DNA of 63,369 nt, the filler included, from Nemertoderma westbladi (taxonomy: Eukaryota; Animalia; Xenacoelomorpha): assembly GCA_032718475.1 (NCBI GenBank). It is 3 parts of 3 records of this genome, joined end to end, with 100 filler letters (N's around TTAATTAATTAA, not from the genome) between each part and the next. Parts side by side here need not be neighbours in the genome. Positions count along the whole stretch, not along the records: positions 1 to 28,230 come from JAUCBJ010003723.1; 2 more parts are not named here. One strand, given 5' to 3'. Numbering within the stretch: the stretch's first letter is position 1; the number at the start of each line of letters is the position of its first letter. Below, piece by piece: positions 11,644 to 23,061 of the stretch. The translations under genes and the position numbers were made by a program. Below the pieces are notes generated by a model. It was not told where the DNA came from. It did no database searches and saw only the letters and a program-made list of their open reading frames with translations.

Positions 11644-13649
11644 TAGTGCTTGAATTTATATTGTATTTTGGTATAACAAACATTGTGTATTATTGATTTA
11701 AAATATTTCTTGTTTGGGGGACGGGGTATTGTTTGGGGGCATTACAAATTTACCAATGAGACAGAGGGGGGAGAGGTGGGGCTCGAGCTTGCGTGACATT
11801 TTGAAACAGAGCGGGGTGGGGAGGGGGGGGGGGGGTGGTCAAAAATCGGGAAAATTTGCGTGACATACAGTACTTTATGAACGCCCGCCCTAGAACGTAA
11901 CTGAGGGTTCAGATTCACTTTCCAGAAGAAAGACTTATTACTACTGTGAACAATTCGTATCTGGGAATTTAAATTCGTACTGTAACTAGGAACTGAAATT
12001 TGAAACCGGAATTTCAGATTTGTAAATCTGATGAGCATTCGCAGCATATGGTCATTTCCTTACCAGCCGAGCCGCTTGGTCCATTACTATGTAAAATATT
12101 ATCAATTCTTTATATATGGCTGATAATTGTCTTCGAAAACGAAGATAAATTATCAGGCAAATAATGCATATTTTCGTCATCAGAGAAGCATAATTATTAA
12201 TTAAATGCATCTAAATTTAATTAATTTTCATAGATCCATCAACACGAATAATCTAATATGGCTGACAATATGGGAAATTATTTAAATTTCAACTAACAAA
12301 TTCAAATTTTTCGATTATCACCTAAAGTTTCCATAGATACCCTCAAATATATATTGATTATATATTTCTCTATATACTCAGCCGCTTCCATTAATAAGTA
12401 TATACCGTATTGTAGGATAGGGTAAGTAGGGTGTAGGGTAGGATACGGTAGGCTACTACAGTAGGTATAGGCTAATACCCCCTCCCTCTTCACCAAAGCA
12501 TCCACAGGCAGGTCCAGTGATTGGACTTGTTTCAGTTACATTTTTTTTTCTTCGAAAAATAGTATTTTTTATGCTTCGAAAATGCTTCTAATAATGTATG
12601 AAATTATCCTTCGAAAATGCTTCGTAAACTTCTAATTGAAGGCTAATAGTCTACTAAACGAAGCATTTTTATCTTCGAAATCATCCTTCGAAAAATGCTA
12701 AATAAACTTCTAATCGCAGGCGAATAGTCTACTAAACGAAGCATTTTTGTCTTCGAATTATCCTTCGAATATGCTTCGTAAACTACTAATCGAAGGCTAA
12801 TAGTCTACTAAACGATGGATATTTCTCTTCGAAATCCACCCTTCGAAACCTTTAAGAACATTGGAACCAAAAAGCCGGCTTTTATCCGGCGAAATTAGCA
12901 GGGTATTAGCCGGCGAAATTAGTAGCAATTTATCAGCGACTTATCATGCTATGACTTTGCTGGGTATATGCAGTATTTATCAGCTTTCGCTTAACCTCTT
13001 CACCGGTAGACTGGTCGCTTTATTTACTACTGTTCAATATTTAAATAATCCAAAGGAAACAAGGATACTTGAATCATGAGACGTGAATTTTAAGTTTACT
13101 TTTTATTCATCCTCTGTGTTTGTATGTGAAAGAGCCGAATATTATTTATTACCAGTGCTATATGTAGAGATATGAGTTTCCGATTCTGTTATTACATTTG
13201 TCTGATAATCAGATACCTGACATATACCGATACTTGCCTAACAACTCAACCCTACCGGACCTGAAATGAAAAATCATTGTTATCAGGACTGCTACGCGTA
13301 GCACCTACGCGTAGTTTCACAATACCTACGCGTAGTTCCAAAATAACTACGCGTAGTTTTAAAACACCTACGCGTAGTTGTTAAAAAGGCAGTAAGTCTG
13401 TAAGTCTGGCCCTACCGGTAAATGACAGGAATGGAAGTTACAAACTACGCGTAGCTACGCGTAAGCCTACGCGTAGGTCGAAAAGATTTACCCCTACATC
13501 AGTACATCTTACAGTCTTACATAGAACAGCTCCGACCGGCAGAAAATGCAGCATACTGCTGCTGTGCTGTACTGCAATAACTACCGGTAGCCCAATCTGT
13601 CAGTCTGTACCGGTACGATACCACACTGTCATTGTTTCAGAAAACGAGA

Positions 13650-13961
13650 ATGATCAATATCCAAGATGCTCAGGGCGACAGAAGTTTTATAGGCCGTATA
13701 ATAGATCCCATGAAGAAGGCTGGACTAGTTCTGCTATCGATTGCCGCTGTGTTGAATTTCATTTTAATTGGATGGTACATCGTGTGGCGCTTATTTCTCT
13801 CCAAGTTTAAATTTATCCGAGAGTTGTTTGGTGTTGAAGAACCGGCAAACACAAAAACTATTTCGTATAGGCCTAAAGAATGCGCTGAGGAAATTATTCA
13901 GGATTCTTTACATGGCGACAAAACATCACGAAATTCAACGGTTAGAAAGAGAACATCGTAG
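13650..13961 (+). CDS. SMIM13: Small integral membrane protein 13-like
   Basis: Single TM helix followed by GWYIVWRLFLSKFKFIRELFG, the SMIM13 signature; first ATG at 13650. Confidence 0.85.
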   Translation: MINIQDAQGDRSFIGRIIDPMKKAGLVLLSIAAVLNFILIGWYIVWRLFLSKFKFIRELFGVEEPANTKTISYRPKECAEEIIQDSLHGDKTSRNSTVRKRTS

Positions 13962-14631
13962 CTATCTCCAGATCTCTGTATCAGGCAGTCTGGTTGGGCC
14001 TCTTACCGGTAGACCGGCTGACCGGTAAGCCTAACAGTAAATTGTTGTGTTGAGGATGCGTATAAAAAGACCCAGGGCTGCCAATCTGCAGATCTGTGAC
14101 TCCTGCGCGAATAATTGTATTTCTGGATGTAGTGGGGTAGGCCTAGTCAATACTGCAATACTCAGGCACTCAGGGTTGTTTTGGTTACAGCTACGGCAGT
14201 AGGTACGCCGGTACGGACAGTATATCATCTCTGCTGACGTGCGACTGAATGCACAGCACATCTACGTTTCCGGTATTAAAATAAATTAATATTATTATGT
14301 TCGAGTTATGTTGGGGAAAACACGTACCGGTAAATAGAACAAATACTTTGGGCCTATTTATCATGGGACCATTTCGTGTAGTGAGTGACACATTCATTCA
14401 GTGATATAAAGAATATTGAAGTATATATTCTGCGATTGACATAAGTTAATTATTTGGATTAATATATGTAGTGACCGAATTATTTTAAACTCGCTTCATA
14501 CTACAGTACTATACTGTCTTATACAGTATACGTTGTGTCTGTGATGTGTAATACCATAGTGAGTACTTTATAACCCATATTACTTTCTTTCGTTAGTTGA
14601 CTAGTAGTGAGCGAAGACTACAATTTTATTG

Positions 14632-15683
14632 GGGTAAATCTTTTCGACCTACGCGTAGGCCTACGCGTAGCTACGCGTAGCTACGCGTAGCTACGCGTAG
14701 TTCGCAACATTGGGTCATATATCACCAGTTTCAGAGTTTTAACAATAACTACGCGTAGGTGCTACGCGTAGCTACGCGTAGGTGCTACGCGTAGCTACGC
14801 GTAGGTCCTACGCGACCTACGCATAGGTGCTACCCATAACTATGCCTATACGTCGTTTATCATTAGTAGGCTTACGTATTCCAAGCGAGTAAGTACTAAA
14901 ATAAGACACAATACGGTATGTTCAATAAACAACCCACAACCATCAAATGCTTTCAACAGTAATGTATCCTATACCTGTATACTCTATATAGAGGAATACG
15001 CGAAAACTACATAATTCTTCACTTCATGCGTTGCGGGCGGTAAAATGTGTTAATAATTAATGTTTAGAGTTCAAAAATAGTTTACAAAGGAAATAGGCCG
15101 ATGGTTCTTATCGATTCTCTATGCTTTTTATTGCCTTTGTTCACGATAGGGCAACTAGGATATACTGTTTTTAATATGTTAACCCCTTGACAAGGGAAGG
15201 GGGAGACTAAATTGTCTATCATGAGACGTGAATTTTAAGTTTACTTTTTATTCATCCTCTGTGTTTGTATGTGAAAGAGCCGAATATTATTTATTACCAG
15301 TGCTGTATGTAGAGATATGAGTTTCCGATTCTGATATTACATTTGTCTGATAATCAGATACCTGACATGTACCGATACTTGCCTAACAACTCAACCCTAC
15401 CGGACCTGAAATGAAAAATCATTGTTATCAGGACTGCTACGCGTAGCACCTACGCGTAGCTACGCGTAGCACCTACGCGTAGTTTCAAAATACCTACGCG
15501 TAGTTCCAAAATAACTACGCGTAGTTTTAAAACACCTACGCGTAGTTGTAAAAAAGGCAGTAAGTCTGGCCCTACCGGTAAATGACAGGAATGGAAGTTA
15601 CAAACTACGCGTAGCTACGCGTAGCTACGCGTAGCTACGCGTAGCTACGCGTAGGCCTACGCGTAGGTCGAAAAGATTTACCC
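14632..15683. mobile_element. MITE family A, uninterrupted copy 2 (1052 bp; Merlin/MuDR-like by GG termini and 8-bp TSD)
   Basis: Perfect TIRs; perfect TSD TTTTATTG at 14624-14631 and 15684-15691. Confidence 0.92.
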
Positions 15684-17860
15684 TTTTATTGTTACTCGAG
15701 TGCCATTCTGCCATTCCCAGCTGGTTCCGTCCGGAGATATTATACCAGCATTCTTTTAGCATTGTTTAAACCAAGTTACATGTTACCTGGGTAGTCGTTC
15801 AACCCTGTGTGTTGTCCTTAGCCTAGCTAGGCCTGGTCTGGTTAATACATACGTTTTTAATTTTTTTTTATATAAATTGTATTAAAATAATTAATTTCTA
15901 ATTTTTGTTATGTATGTATCTGAATTCAGAACCCCGCTTTTTTAAGATAAATTGTGTATTTTTTTTAAATATAAATATTTACTATTTACTATGTATTTCA
16001 TTATAGTTTTTAAATAGTTTGGTAAGAATGGTGTTTATAGTTTAGTCGAGGCTGACGCTTTTTAGAACCCGTTAACCCCGAGTCCGAACACAGTGACGCG
16101 CTTTAATGGATTATAAACAACGCTCAGACATTTCGAGAAGAAGAGAAGTGGCTACTGACCGGACCCTCTAAATACCGCATTGAAGCTCTTTATATTTGAT
16201 TTATATTTTACTTGTGTATTATTGACCGGACCCTCATTACTATACCACAATTAAGTAATATTATATTGATATTATTGGTCGTTTTAAATAATGTTTTTTA
16301 TTCCAAAATTGTAACATTACTCAACGCCTTTAGTAACAGCGAGTTGTTATTTAGCACTTTACAACTTTAGAGGTCATTACAGCATTGTATTGGCCTGTAC
16401 ATTTAGCATTGTATTTGGTGTTATTAGTTAAGTAATGTCCCATTAGCGGACATTACAACACGCCGTCATTGGTTACCACGTAAACAATAGGTGGTATTTT
16501 CTATTTATGGCCTGACAGCCAGATAGGCCTACTACATTACCTACCGGGCTAAACGCAGAGGGGTCAAAATAACGCAGCGTATTTTAAGAGAGAGGGGGGT
16601 GGATGGGGGGTGGGGAGCGGGGGTCGGGCCCCGTATTTTGAAAGTGTTAACATTTTTTATGATCATATCCTATGCCGAATTTAATAGAGATTTCAAATCT
16701 ACAAGCATTTTTCAATTATTTAAGGCCATTTCATCAGAAAGGCTCCCAAGGTGAAGAAAGATATGAATAAAATTGCTAAAAAAAGGTTGTTTTATTGGGT
16801 ATGTTTTTGGAATGATGAAAGAGTTCATTCAAATACAATAATTTTTGACAAAGTTTAAAGTTATTGTCGAACTATTATCTGTATTTTTCCTTGTTAAACC
16901 CATTTATCTCAGAATCTATTTCTATTTCTTAAACAATTCTGACTGAAATCACAAAACGGCGCTTTTTGACCATTCTTGTGTATAAAATAAATGGCCGAAT
17001 CTCAATTTCAGCCAACATTGCTTTATGGCACTGGTAGGCGGCGTATAGCTATTAATAATTAATAACCAGTAACTAAAACTATTAACATGACTACAAATGC
17101 CACCATAAATATTAGCTAACGCATTTATAACTCACCGCAGTACCGCACTATCGGCTATTCATTGCTTACAGAGTAAACTTTAAATTATTGTACGTATTAA
17201 AGTTATGTAGAATTAATTTAATTTAATAAACAGACACTTTAGACCTTATGCATATCCAACGGTACCCTACAATATGAATCTACTGTAGCTTAGAGGGGAT
17301 AAAGAAAGGGTTGAATAGTTATGAAGTGTTCATCCTTGGGAGTTAGTGTTTCGCATGCCTTCATCTCAGGTAACAGGAGCTTCCGTTGTTTCATGTTTCA
17401 CTTCCTTCATGTTCATGTTCACGTCATGTAGGTAATCCCAATTACTGCACACAATTGTGCAGCTACAGTATACGGAATGTAAAGTAATAAATTTCGGCAT
17501 TGTATCATACTATAGTGTACTGTATGGGTCCGAAACAACAGGACAAAGGTCCGAAAAACCAAACCGAAGATCCGTCACACCACATTCTAAGATAATATAT
17601 ATTTACGTGGGGGGGGGGGGAATTGTGACCTACGGAGTTATGTGCGGAAGCGGCTGTAAAATGATTTGTTACTTGACGCAATTACAAATAATTATGGTAC
17701 GTTACGTTCATTGCAAATCAAATTACGGCCAGGACTGTCCGTATAGTTATTGAACTCGTCATTATATTATTTAATGCATTTAGTTTTTATTGCATATTAA
17801 AGTGTTTAACCAATTTATGTACTCTATGATAATACAAAAAAAATAAATATAAAGAACAAA

Positions 17861-18827
17861 GAATAAATAAATAAAGAATACAATTTGTTATTTAACAATT
17901 ATTATTAAATACAGGTGAATAAATAAATAAAGAATACAATTTGTTATTTAACAATTATTATTAAATACAGGTGAATAAATAAATAAAGAATACAATTTGT
18001 TATTTAACAATTATTATTAAATACAGGTGAATAAATAAATAAAGAATACAATTTGTTATTTAACAATTATTATTAATACAGGTGAATAAATAAATAAAGA
18101 ATACAATTTGTTATTTAACAATTATTATTAAATACAGGTGAATAAATAAATAAAGAATACAATTTGTTATTTAACAATTATTATTAAATACAGGTGAATA
18201 AATAAATAAAGAATACAATTTGTTATTTAACAATTATTATTAAATACAGGTGAATAAATAAATAAAGAATACAATTTGTTATTTAACAATTATTATTAAA
18301 TACAGGTGAATAAATAAATAAAGAATACAATTTGTTATTTAACAATTATTATTAAATACAGGTGAATAAATAAATAAAGAATACAATTTGTTATTTAACA
18401 ATTATTATTAAATACAGGTGAATAAATAAATAAAGAATACAATTTGTTATTTAACAATTATTATTAAATACAGGTGAATAAATAAATAAAGAATACAATT
18501 TGTTATTTAACAATTATTATTAAATACAGGTGAATAAATAAATAAAGAATACAATTTGTTATTTAACAATTATTATTAAATACAGGTGAATAAATAAATA
18601 AAGAATACAATTTGTTATTTAACAATTATTATTAAATACAGGTGAATAAATAAATAAAGAATACAATTTGTTATTTAACAATTATTATTAAATACAGGTG
18701 AATAAATAAATAAAGAATACAATTTGTTATTTAACAATTATTATTAAATACAGGTGAATAAATAAATAAAGAATACAATTTGTTATTTAACAATTATTAT
18801 TAAATACAGGTGAATAAATAAATAAAT
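17861..18827. repeat. 56-bp AT-rich minisatellite, about 17 near-identical copies
   Basis: Unit GAATAAATAAATAAAGAATACAATTTGTTATTTAACAATTATTATTAAATACAGGT; one 55-bp unit. Confidence 0.97.
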
Positions 18828-19519
18828 AAAAATAACAAATACATTTTACATTAATATAGGATAAGTACTGTATTAGCACTGTGCAAATACTGTAGGCCTA
18901 ACAAGGTTGCGTTTCGGCATTCGGCAACTGAGTGATGCATTTCGATAACTGTTAACAGGATGCGCTAAGGCAAACTGATAGATGCGTTTCGGCATCTGAT
19001 ACTGTAGATGCGTTTCGGCAACTCGTAAACAAAGGCCAACTGGATACTGTATAGAGCCTACAGTATAGAGATAAGGTGGAATCTCAATGTCACCTTATCT
19101 TCGTATCAACATAGAGGGCAGAGCAAGTCAATATTATTTATTACCTTTGCCTCATTCTGTCATTATGTTTCCTATTATTCATTTTCATTCTACATTATTT
19201 TACCTACGCCTACTCCAACACTACTGATTATTACCTGGAGGCCTACACAAAACCAACAATAAACGAATATTATTGTTATGTCTGATCCATAAAATCAGAG
19301 TTAGGGCAACTACACCTGTCGTGGAAGTCGATATACCCTTGTAAGCGTAATCATTGTACTGGTAAGCCTGAGTGAGCATCATTAGGCCCCTTGAACAAGC
19401 AACAAAATTGAAGTTAGGGTTTTGTTTCAGTTTAATTTCCAAAGATCGTATACCGTATACATTCAACAAAATATTCAAAAAAATTACCAATTCAACAAAA
19501 TGGTAACTGAAATTAATTA

Positions 19520-19700
19520 TTACTGAAGTTGTAGCGGGCAGGCGGGAAACCCCGCCCGGCAAGGTGCCCTTCGCTTTATACTGTTGTATTAGAAAAACTC
19601 CCCTTGGGAATTGTAAACGGGATTTGTGTTTCAGACAGACAGACAGACTTCAGTTCCAAACGTACGTAGGCCTACACATCCACAACTTCAGCTGCGGTAT
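19520..19700. mobile_element. Short Helentron-associated (HINE/DINE-1-like) element
   Basis: Short inverted repeats CTGAAGTTGT (19523) / ACAACTTCAG (19682), a GC hairpin GGCGGG-AAAC-CCCGCC and a (CAGA)n microsatellite. Confidence 0.5.
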
Positions 19701-19919
19701 ATTTAAAATCTAATTAAAAAAAAAGTTAACAACTCTGCCGTCAAAAACTATAGGGCCTACAGTAATTAACTTAAACTTGTCATCATTTATAACTTACTTA
19801 CAATGATGACTCCTAAAGTAAATAACTGCTAGCAAAAATCAGAAAGTACTGTAGGCCTCAACTCCAACTGCAACTGGTACCTTTTCCCGAATAGGGCCTA
19901 AACAGTTTCCAGTCCTGGT

Positions 19920-22401
19920 CAAGGACTGCTATACTACAGGACTGGCACACTGAATATCCAGACCCCGCTAGCGGGGTCCATTAGTTCCCTTCTAATATGG
20001 CTCCGAAATAGATGCAAATTTGTTAAATTTTAAATTTTCTCTCACAGATAAATTGTTATTTATTCTTCTTATGACGAACCTAGCTACCTCAAACCTGCCT
20101 CGCTTCCTGCTTTAACGTTTGAGGCTGATATAATTATTGCTAAGCCAGTGATAGTCCATATACCATAATACTGTATGGTAGTAATCGTGCTCGTGCACTA
20201 TGCATAATAAATTCAGACACCACCGGCACCGCCCACTACTCTCGCCACCAGCCCAGCCCAATACATTAATTAAACATCTTAGTGGGGCGAGCCACGTAGT
20301 GGTTGAAGCTTTACCGTACAGATTTCATAATGTTGACATTCTTGTGATCTGCAATTTAAGATTATAAATTTTAACACGCAAAATGAATATTAAATAACGA
20401 TTAGAAAATTTATTTATTTCCAGCAGCTGCTATTGCAATCTGCAATGGTTTTCATATGTATAAATTGCCGGCAGTGTAGGTAGACCTACTCGATTCAAAA
20501 TAACAACAGCAATTGGCCCTTAAAAGGGGCATTTGGGTTGAGTTGTATTACAGTATGTGACATGTGTCTGTAGGCATATTGAATTATCAAAATTAATTAC
20601 AATTAAATTAATAGATAGTCGAATAGTCAATCTTCACTACAGAAGATTAATGTCCTTTATCCAGACCGGCAATGCGGAGAAATTTCCTGTTGGTTCCGTG
20701 ACCTTCGGAAGATCGCTTTTCAGAGCACATCATGCCTTATTCACCATCACCTTTATCCTCTATTTCGTCACGAAATAGATTGTTTGAGCAATTGTTGGCC
20801 CGGACGTTGTCATTAACCAAAGCAACAATTTCACCGCCATGTTTGTGGAAAGAGGTAATTGCTTCCTTGATACACGTATGGGCAAATAGGGCTGTCATGG
20901 AATGAACTGGAATCATCTGAACCATCACTGAAGGTCCCCCGTATAAAATCTTAACCATCGAGCAGAGGACTGAGTTGGCCAACTCCGATGGGTCATCCTT
21001 AGCGTAGCCAAACACTCCATGTCCTTGATACAATAGTTTGGGAACCACCTTTACTTCGTCCGTTATAAGAATCGCCTTTGGGGATTCGGCAGCAGGCCTA
21101 CCAGCTGGTAAGCTGTTCTTTGCTTTACGAATAGCCGTTTCTATGAGCAAATCACTGGTGACTCCCTGTTTTAGCGATCTTATCTTCCTTTCGCATGGAA
21201 GAATAGCAATCTGCCGCAGTATACTATATGGCAGACGCGGGTAGCCCTGAACAGCCAGTAGATAATCCGACTGTGAGTAACACTTCGAACCGCTACAATG
21301 CAGCTGCAACTGATGGGATATAAACTCCAGCTGGGTTTTGTATTTACAATCAGAGCTGGAGGCGATAGCGTCATCAATCAACTCTCGGGCTTTCAGCAGC
21401 AAGTTCTCGGTCGTTCCTACCACGCTTCGTTTAACTGCGACAATAACCTCCAACAGCTGGGACCAGCGAATGAGCTGCGCGTTAGGAGCGAGGCAATAGT
21501 TGAGCGATATACGTTTGTTAGTAGGATTAAATGCAGTAACATAGATATCACTGCAGAGAAGCTGCCTCGTTTCAATACATATTTTGCCAGCGTAGGAATC
21601 GCTGACAAAAACATACAGCATAATGAAATCAGCAGTTATCTTAACAAATATATCGACGGACTCAACACGAACATCGTTGCGAATCCACGTTTCGACATCG
21701 TCACGGAAGATATCGAACCCGCCAATTACATCCCGGCGGTTTAGCGATTGAACCTGTCGCTCTTCGATCGGTGGCTCCGCTCGTAACTTCCCTGGTGGCG
21801 GAGGAACACAGGATGCTGGAACCCCAGGAAAGAAGAATGGCGGGATAGTCGGCCGCAACGCTCCTCCCGGAACCTTCCGATGAGGGATATCCTGCGGGAA
21901 TCCTGGCCAATGTCGTATACAAATAACAGCATCGGCGCTATACTTTATGGGCGATCCATCAGGAGCAGACGGCTTTGGAAGAGCAGCAATCCATTGCTGA
22001 CGTTCCACGCCGAATGGGAGCTTGACAGTTCGTACAGTTCTTCCCTCGTAGTTGCCATCGCATCCATACACACAACAGTGTTTCCCCATTCCAGTTTATA
22101 ACCCGAATAATCTGATATTACTGTAATGTGTGTTAAAACTACCGTAGCTACCGGTACTAAGCTGCAGCCTGTCAGCCTGTAGTTATGTTAAACCTTTTTA
22201 AACATTACTAAATAATAAATATTAAATACATAAATATAAATCAACTGATTTAAAAAAGTACATAAGTAATTGGGTTTATTACTGGATTACACAGTTGTAC
22301 AGCCAGACAGCAGTACTGGAATTCTGCAACTAATGGACCCCGCTTGCCGCTAGCGGGGTCTGGATATTCAGTGTGCCAGTCCTGTAGTATAGCAGTCCTT
22401 G
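19920..22401 (-). mobile_element. P-element-superfamily DNA transposon (2482 bp), probably internally deleted
   Basis: TIRs of about 55-65 bp beginning CAAGGACTGCTATACTACAGG; perfect 8-bp TSD GTCCTGGT (19912-19919, 22402-22409); encloses a THAP-transposase ORF. Confidence 0.93.
20737..22089 (-). CDS. THAP-domain P-element transposase (THAP9-like), C-terminally truncated
   Basis: N-terminal THAP finger (CCVYGC...LP...W...CIRHW...PT); RNase H-like acidic motifs ITDEVKV and VNDNVRAN; ORF stops at 450 aa. Confidence 0.85.
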   Translation of the reverse strand: MGKHCCVYGCDGNYEGRTVRTVKLPFGVERQQWIAALPKPSAPDGSPIKYSADAVICIRHWPGFPQDIPHRKVPGGALRPTIPPFFFPGVPASCVPPPPGKLRAEPPIEERQVQSLNRRDVIGGFDIFRDDVETWIRNDVRVESVDIFVKITADFIMLYVFVSDSYAGKICIETRQLLCSDIYVTAFNPTNKRISLNYCLAPNAQLIRWSQLLEVIVAVKRSVVGTTENLLLKARELIDDAIASSSDCKYKTQLEFISHQLQLHCSGSKCYSQSDYLLAVQGYPRLPYSILRQIAILPCERKIRSLKQGVTSDLLIETAIRKAKNSLPAGRPAAESPKAILITDEVKVVPKLLYQGHGVFGYAKDDPSELANSVLCSMVKILYGGPSVMVQMIPVHSMTALFAHTCIKEAITSFHKHGGEIVALVNDNVRANNCSNNLFRDEIEDKGDGE

Positions 22402-22451
22402 GTCCTGGTATAAATTAATACAGTAATATTCCTGTTCCACCTTTAGGTTCC

Positions 22452-22650
22452 ACCTTGGTGTAGTGGTTGCATTGAATTCACATCTCCCGTAGGTCGTGGG
22501 TTCGATCCTCACATGGGCCAGGGCAGTTTTCGTTTCGGCACGAATGCTTTAAAGGGACCAGCCAGGGCGCATCACTGCCTTGCATCCTTAAGTGGTAGCT
22601 AAATGAGAACTGGAGTTTCCTCTGGGGAGTAAAGTTCTGGGGGGACCGCA
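22452..22650 (+). mobile_element. tRNA-derived SINE
   Basis: A box TGGTGTAGTGG, B box GGTTCGATCC, body GCCTTGCATCC..GGTAGCTAAATGAGAAC related to the SINE at about 38900-39050. Confidence 0.65.
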
Positions 22651-23061
22651 CTGGAAATAAGTCGTCAGACTTTGTGCGTAATCCCTGGCCTAGCGGCCGA
22701 AGAAAATTTACTTTTACTTTTTTTTTGTATTCTAGAAGTCCATGCAGCCATGGTCAGATGGTCTGATATAGGACTACCGGTTGCTATCTGCGTACTGCTG
22801 TACTGGCGTAGGCCTATTGAAAATTGTACAGGTAGGCTAGGGCTAGGCCCCCTATACCCTAGGTACCGGTAATTCATAATTAATACAGTAGGCCTAATAT
22901 AATTCATATTTCATAAATAAAGAGAATGGCAGAATGGCTTGATAATGATAACGTGATTTGATAACTCTGTAACTGGATGAGCTGTGCTTGTGAGCAGGTG
23001 AGTGGAGTTGTAAGTTGACAAGTTGATTGCTGCCGCTACCTTCTGACTGCCTGACCTCATC

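Larger units (their letters stand above)
9400..11890. mobile_element. Harbinger-like MITE, third nesting level
   Basis: GGGGGTGTTCGATAAAGTATGTCACGCA ... TGCGTGACATACAGTACTTTATGAACGCCCGCCC; CTAG context on both sides is consistent with a 3-bp TSD; poly-G tracts. Confidence 0.7.
7420..12964. mobile_element. Non-autonomous DNA transposon nested in MITE A
   Basis: TA|CCCAGCAAAGTCA ... TGACTTTGCTGGG|TA; many TTCGAAGGATAAATTATCCTTC-type subterminal repeats at both ends. Confidence 0.8.
6804..13493. mobile_element. MITE family A (GGGTAAATCTTTTCGACC TIRs, CTACGCGTAG subterminal repeats), copy 1 with nested insertions
   Basis: TIRs at 6804 and 13493; 8-bp TSD CTACATCT/CTACATCA; arms nearly identical to the copy at 14632-15683. 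Confidence 0.9.

Noticed and set aside
21038-22101. Plus-strand ORFs overlapping the transposase
   Set aside because: Antisense shadows with no recognisable motifs.
22452-22520. Possible tRNA gene
   Set aside because: No proper cloverleaf, and it continues into a SINE body.
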